Shown: positions 56,601 through 64,000 of the stretch, piece after piece | Layout: each line of letters starts with the position of its first letter | Position numbering within the stretch: the stretch's first letter is position 1 | DNA from: Auanema rhodensis | Lineage: Eukaryota; Animalia; Nematoda | Length of the DNA stretch: 64,000 nucleotides | Direction: 5' to 3' | Assembly: GCA_964057225.1 (NCBI GenBank) | Contig: OZ059900.1 | Location: 19,468,001-19,532,000 of the forward strand | Notes under the pieces: model-generated | Database searches by the model: none | The model's input: the letters and a program-made list of their open reading frames with translations, nothing else | Told to the model about the DNA's origin: nothing | Made by a program: the position numbers and the translations under genes

Positions 56601-59600
56601 CAAAAAAACAGGGGTTAGAAAATTAAGGAAATTAGCATATTCTGAGGGCACGCCCCTTATGGCTAATATTGATTAAATCGATTTTTGTTCATATGAGTCG
56701 TCAAATGCAACGAATTTCAGCGTGTTACATACTAAAATGAAGCATTTTACATGCTGAACACTAGGAAAATACAAAAACACAGTAATACCCATGAGAAATA
56801 TTTTATTATGCTGGAAAACCAGTTTTTGGAAATTTCGCTGTAAACAAGGTTTTGACTTACGATTTCATGTGTTCAAACTCATGCAATGTCAATGAAACCT
56901 AGCTCAAAATTGTTAATACAATGTCTAGTTCCACTTTCACGACAAAAAAACAGGGGTTAGAAAATTAAGGAAATTAGCATATTCTGAGGGCACGCCCTTT
57001 ATGGCTAATATTGATTAAATCGATTTTTGTTCATATGAGTCGTCAAATGCAACGAATTTCAGCGTGTTACATACTAAAATGAAGCATTTTACATGCTGAA
57101 CACTAGAAAAATACAAAAACACAGTATTTCCCATGAGAAATATTTTATTATGCTGGAAAACCAGTTTTTGGAAATTTCGCTGTAAACAAGGTTTTGACTT
57201 ACGATTTCATGTGTTCAAACTCATGCAATGTCAATGAAACCTAGCTCAAAATTGTTCGTACAACGTCTAGTTCCACTTTCACGACAAAAAAACAGGGGTT
57301 AGAAAATTAAGGAAATTAGCATATTCTGAGGGCACGCCCCTTATGGCTAATATTGATTAAATCAATTTTTGTTCATATGAGTCGTCAAATGCAACGAATT
57401 TCAGCGTGTTACATACTAAAATGAAGCATTTTACATGCTGAACACTAGAAAAATACAAAAACACAGTATTTCCCATGAGAAATATTTTATTATGCTGGAA
57501 AACCAGTTTTTGGAAATTTCGCTGTAAACAAGGTTTTGACTTACGATTTCATGTGTTCAAACTCATGCAATGTCAATGAAACCTAGCTCAAAATTGTTCC
57601 TACAACGTCTAGTTCCACTTTCACGACAAAAAAACAGGGGTTAGAAAATTAAGGAAATTAGCATATTCTGAGGGCACGCCCTTTATGGCTAATATTGATT
57701 AAATCGATTTTTGTTCATATGAGTCGTCAAATGCAACGAATTTCAGCGTGTTACATACTAAAATGAAGCATTTCACATGCTGAACACTAGAAAAATACAA
57801 AAACACAGTATTTCCCATGAGAAATATTTTATTATGCTGGAAAACCAGTTTTTGGAAATTTCGCTGTAAACAAGGTTTTGACTTACGATTTCATGTGTTC
57901 AAACTCATGCAATGTCAATGAAACCTAGCTCAAAATTGTTCCTACAACGTCTAGTTCCACTTTCACGACAAAAAAACAGGGGTTAGAAAATTAAGGAAAT
58001 TAGCATATTCTGAGGGCACGCCCTTTATGGCTAATATTGATTAAATCGATTTTTGTTCATATGAGTCGTCAAATGCAACGAATTTCAGCGTGTTACATAC
58101 TAAAATGAAGCATTTCACATGCTGAACACTAGAAAAATACAAAAACACAGTATTTCCCATGAGAAATATTTTATTATGCTGGAAAACCAGTTTTTGGAAA
58201 TTTCGCTGTAAACAAGGTTTTGACTTACGATTTCATGTGTTCAAACTCATGCAATGTCAATGAAACCTAGCTCAAAATTGTTCCTACAACGTCTAGTTCC
58301 ACTTTCACGACAAAAAAACAGGGGTTAGAAAATTAAGGAAATTAGCATATTCTGAGGGCACGCCCTTTATGGCTAATATTGATTAAATCGATTTTTGTTC
58401 ATATGAGTCGTCAAATGCAACGAATTTCAGCGTGTTACATACTAAAATGAAGCATTTCACATGCTGAACACTAGAAAAATACAAAAACACAGTATTTCCC
58501 ATGAGAAATATTTTATTATGCTGGAAAACCAGTTTTTGGAAATTTCGCTGTAAACAAGGTTTTGACTTACGATTTCATGTGTTCAAACTCATGCAATGTC
58601 AATGAAACCTAGCTCAAAATTGTTCCTACAACGTCTAGTTCCACTTTCACGACAAAAAAACAGGGGTTAGAAAATTAAGGAAATTAGCATATTCTGAGGG
58701 CACGCCCTTTATGGCTAATATTGATTAAATCGATTTTTGTTCATATGAGTCGTCAAATGCAACGAATTTCAGCGTGTTACATACTAAAATGAAGCATTTC
58801 ACATGCTGAACACTAGAAAAATACAAAAACACAGTATTTCCCATGAGAAATATTTTATTATGCTGGAAAACCAGTTTTTGGAAATTTCGCTGTAAACAAG
58901 GTTTTGACTTACGATTTCATGTGTTCAAACTCATGCAATGTCAATGAAACCTAGCTCAAAATTGTATGTACAACGTCTGGTTCCACTTTCACGACAAAAA
59001 AACAGGGGTTAGAAAATTAAGGAAATTAGCATATTCTGAGGGCACGCCCCTTATGGCTAATATTGATTAAATCGATTTTTGTTCATATGAGTCGTCAAAT
59101 GCAACGAATTTCAGCGTGTTACATACTAAAATGAAGCATTTTACATGCTGAACACTAGAAAAATACAAAAACACAGTATTTCCCATGAGAAATATTTTAT
59201 TATGCTGGAAAACCATTTTTTGGAAATTTCGCTGTAAACAAGGTTTTGACTTACGATTTCATGTGTTCAAACTCATGCAATGTCAATGAAACCTAGCTCA
59301 AAATTGTTCCTACAACGTCTAGTTCCACTTTCACGACAAAAAAACAGGGGTTAGAAAATTAAGGAAATTAGCATATTCTGAGGGCACGCCCCTTATGGCT
59401 AATATTGATTAAATCGATTTTTGTTCATATGAGTCGTCAAATGCAACGAATTTCAGCGTGTTACATACTAAAATGAAGCATTTCACATGCTGAACACTAG
59501 GAAAATACAAAAACACAGTAATACCCATGAGAAATATTTTATTATGCTGGAAAACCAGTTTTTGGAAATTTCGCTGTAAACAAGGTTTTGACTTACGATT

Positions 59601-62600
59601 TCATGTGTTCAAACTCATGCAATGTCAATGAAACCTAGCTCAAAATTGTTCGTACAACGTCTGGTTCCACTTTCACGACAAAAAAACAGGGGTTAGAAAA
59701 TTAAGGAAATTAGCATATTCTGAGGGCACGCCCCTTATGGCTAATATTGATTAAATCGATTTTTGTTCATATGAGTCGTCAAATGCAACGAATTTCAGCG
59801 TGTTACATACTAAAATGAAGCATTTTACATGCTGAACACTAGAAAAATACAAAAACACAGTATTTCCCATGAGAAATATTTTATTATGCTGGAAAACCAG
59901 TTTTTGGAAATTTCGCTGTAAACAAGGTTTTGACTTACGATTTCATGTGTTCAAACTCATGCAATGTCAATGAAACCTAGCTCAAAATTGTTCGTACAAC
60001 GTCTAGTTCCACTTTCACGACAAAAAAACAGGGGTTAGAAAATTAAGGAAATTAGCATATTCTGAGGGCACGCCCCTTATGGCTAATATTGATTAAATCG
60101 ATTTTTGTTCATATGAGTCGTCAAATGCAACGAATTTCAGCGTGTTACATACTAAAATGAAGCATTTTACATGCTGAACACTAGAAAAATACAAAAACAC
60201 AGTATTTCCCATGAGAAATATTTTATTATGCTGGAAAACCAGTTTTTGGAAATTTCGCTGTAAACAAGGTTTTGACTTACGATTTCATGTGTTCAAACTC
60301 ATGCAATGTCAATGAAACCTAGCTCAAAATTGTTCGTACAACGTCTAGTTCCACTTTCACGACAAAAAAACAGGAGTTAGAAAATTAAGGAAATTAGCAT
60401 ATTCTGAGGGCACGCCCCTTATGGCTAATATTGATTAAATCGATTTTTGTTCATATGAGTCGTCAAATGCAACGAATCTCAGCGTGTTACATACTAAAAT
60501 GAAGCATTTTACATGCTGAACACTAGGAAAATACAAAAACACAGTAATACCCATGAGAAATATTTTATTATGCTGGAAAACCAGTTTTTGGAAATTTCGC
60601 TGTAAACAAGGTTTTGACTTACGATTTCATGTGTTCAAACTCATGCAATGTCAATGAAACCTAGCTCAAAATTGTTCGTACAACGTCTAGTTCCACTTTC
60701 ACGACAAAAAAACAGGGGTTAGAAAATTAAGGAAATTAGCATATTCTGAGGGCACGCCCCTTATGGCTAATATTGATTAAATCGATTTTTGTTCATATGA
60801 GTCGTCAAATGCAACGAATTTCAGCGTGTTACATACTAAAATGAAGCATTTTACATGCTGAACACTAGAAAAATACAAAAACACAGTATTTCCCATGAGA
60901 AATATTTTATTATGCTGGAAAACCAGTTTTTGGAAATTTCGCTGTAAACAAGGTTTTGACTTACGATTTCATGTGTTCAAACTCATGCAATGTCAATGAA
61001 ACCTAGCTCAAAATTGTTCGTACAACGTCTAGTTCCACTTTCACGACAAAAAAACAGGGGTTAGAAAATTAAGGAAATTAGCATATTCTGAGGGCACGCC
61101 CCTTATGGCTAATATTGATTAAATCGATTTTTGTTCATATGAGTCGTCAAATGCAACGAATTTCAGCGTGTTACATACTAAAATGAAGCATTTTACATGC
61201 TGAACACTAGAAAAATACAAAAACACAGTAATACCCATGAGAAATATTTTATTATGCTGGAAAACCAGTTTTTGGAAATTTCGCTGTAAACAAGGTTTTG
61301 ACTTACGATTTCATGTGTTCAAACTCATGCAATGTCAATGAAACCTAGCTCAAAATTGTTCCTACAACGTCTAGTTCCACTTTCACGACAAAAAAACAGG
61401 GGTTAGAAAATTAAGGAAATTAGCATATTCTGAGGGCACGCCCTTTATGGCTAATATTGATTAAATCGATTTTTGTTCATATGAGTCGTCAAATGCAACG
61501 AATTTCAGCGTGTTACATACTAAAATGAAGCATTTCACATGCTGAACACTAGAAAAATACAAAAACACAGTATTTCCCATGAGAAATATTTTATTATGCT
61601 GGAAAACCAGTTTTTGGAAATTTCGCTGTAAACAAGGTTTTGACTTACGATTTCATGTGTTCAAACTCATGCAATGTCAATGAAACCTAGCTCAAAATTG
61701 TTCGTACAACGTCTGGTTCCACTTTCACGACAAAAAAACAGGGGTTAGAAAATTAAGGAAATTAGCATATTCTGAGGGCACGCCCCTTATGGCTAATATT
61801 GATTAAATCGATTTTTGTTCATATGAGTCGTCAAATGCAACGAATTTCAGCGTGTTACATACTAAAATGAAGCATTTTACATGCTGAACACTAGAAAAAT
61901 ACAAAAACACAGTATTTCCCATGAGAAATATTTTATTATGCTGGAAAACCAGTTTTTGGAAATTTCGCTGTAAACAAGGTTTTGACTTACGATTTCATGT
62001 GTTCAAACTCATGCAATGTCAATGAAACCTAGCTCAAAATTGTTCGTACAACGTCTAGTTCCACTTTCACGACAAAAAAACAGGGGTTAGAAAATTAAGG
62101 AAATTAGCATATTCTGAGGGCACGCCCCTTATGGCTAATATTGATTAAATCGATTTTTGTTCATATGAGTCGTCAAATGCAACGAATTTCAGCGTGTTAC
62201 ATACTAAAATGAAGCATTTTACATGCTGAACACTAGAAAAATACAAAAACACAGTAATACCCATGAGAAATATTTTATTATGCTGGAAAACCAGTTTTTG
62301 GAAATTTCGCTGTAAACAAGGTTTTGACTTACGATTTCATGTGTTCAAACTCATGCAATGTCAATGAAACCTAGCTCAAAATTGTTAATACAATGTCTAG
62401 TTCCACTTTCACGACAAAAAAACAGGGGTTAGAAAATTAAGGAAATTAGCATATTCTGAGGGCACGCCCTTTATGGCTAATATTGATTAAATCGATTTTT
62501 GTTCATATGAGTCGTCAAATGCAACGAATTTCAGCGTGTTACATACTAAAATGAAGCATTTTACATGCTGAACACTAGAAAAATACAAAAACACAGTATT

Positions 62601-64000
62601 TCCCATGAGAAATATTTTATTATGCTGGAAAACCAGTTTTTGGAAATTTCGCTGTAAACAAGGTTTTGACTTACGATTTCATGTGTTCAAACTCATGCAA
62701 TGTCAATGAAACCTAGCTCAAAATTGTTCGTACAACGTCTAGTTCCACATTCACGACTAAAAAACAGGGGTTAGAAAATTAAGGAAATTAGCATATTCTG
62801 AGGGCACGCCCTTTATGGCTAATATTGATTAAATCGATTTTTGTTCATATGAGTCGTCAAATGCAACGAATTTCAGCGTGTTACATACTAAAATGAAGCA
62901 TTTTACATGCTGAACACTAGAAAAATACAAAAACACAGTATTTCCCATGAGAAATATTTTATTATGCTGGAAAACCAGTTTTTGGAAATTTCGCTGTAAA
63001 CAAGGTTTTGACTTACGATTTCATGTGTTCAAACTCATGCAATGTCAATGAAACCTAGCTCAAAATTGTTCGTACAACGTCTAGTTCCACTTTCACGACA
63101 AAAAAACAGGGGTTAGAAAATTAAGGAAATTAGCATATTCTGAGGGCACGCCCCTTATGGCTAATATTGATTAAATCGATTTTTGTTCATATGAGTCGTC
63201 AAATGCAACGAATTTCAGCGTGTTACATACTAAAATGAAGCATTTTACATGCTGAACACTAGAAAAATACAAAAACACAGTATTTCCCATGAGAAATATT
63301 TTATTATGCTGGAAAACCAGTTTTTGGAAATTTCGCTGTAAACAAGGTTTTGACTTACGATTTCATGTGTTCAAACTCATGCAATGTCAATGAAACCTAG
63401 CTCAAAATTGTTCCTACAACGTCTAGTTCCACTTTCACGACAAAAAAACAGGGGTTAGAAAATTAAGGAAATTAGCATATTCTGAGGGCACGCCCTTTAT
63501 GGCTAATATTGATTAAATCGATTTTTGTTCATATGAGTCGTCAAATGCAACGAATTTCAGCGTGTTACATACTAAAATGAAGCATTTCACATGCTGAACA
63601 CTAGAAAAATACAAAAACACAGTATTTCCCATGAGAAATATTTTATTATGCTGGAAAACCAGTTTTTGGAAATTTCGCTGTAAACAAGGTTTTGACTTAC
63701 GATTTCATGTGTTCAAACTCATGCAATGTCAATGAAACCTAGCTCAAAATTGTTCGTACAACGTCTGGTTCCACTTTCACGACAAAAAAACAGGGGTTAG
63801 AAAATTAAGGAAATTAGCATATTCTGAGGGCACGCCCCTTATGGCTAATATTGATTAAATCGATTTTTGTTCATATGAGTCGTCAAATGCAACGAATTTC
63901 AGCGTGTTACATACTAAAATGAAGCATTTTACATGCTGAACACTAGAAAAATACAAAAACACAGTATTTCCCATGAGAAATATTTTATTATGCTGGAAAA
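53637..64000 (-). repeat. Same 342-bp satellite in inverted orientation (partial unit 53637-53794, 29 complete units, partial unit at window end)
   Basis: TTTCAGCGTGTTACATACTAAAATG is the reverse complement of m158 going backwards. AGCGTGTTAC recurs at 53641, 55351, 57061, 60481, 63901 (multiples of 342, no net indels). The arm runs off the right edge of the window. Confidence 0.99.

Noticed and set aside
1-64000. CRISPR array or spacer-acquiring repeat system
   Set aside because: There are no unique spacers. Units are contiguous near-identical 342-mers, and no cas or other genes are present.

Overview
The whole window is one AT-rich (~34% GC) satellite DNA family with a 342-bp monomer. Copies differ from the consensus at only about 0-6 sites each, as expected for a eukaryotic (peri)centromeric or heterochromatic array. 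I cannot assign the organism or a named family from the sequence. Positions 1-53621 hold 156 complete head-to-tail monomers plus one truncated one. Positions 53637-64000 hold ~30.3 monomers of the same repeat in the opposite orientation. The single orientation switch at ~53620-53640 is the main structural event. It carries a 19-bp locally templated duplication and a 3-bp TTT microhomology, and it joins two arms with different variant spectra, so it is not a simple fold-back mirror. Typing monomers by their variants by eye shows nested, local higher-order repeats (2-, 3-, 4-, 6/7- and ~14-mer blocks). The monomer looks like an ancient ~171-bp dimer and is rich in short dyad symmetries. I found no supportable genes, RNA genes, transposons or CRISPR arrays, and no new gene-encoded system. 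Monomer positions (m#) are numbered from window base 1. Variant counts were made by eye and should be verified by alignment.
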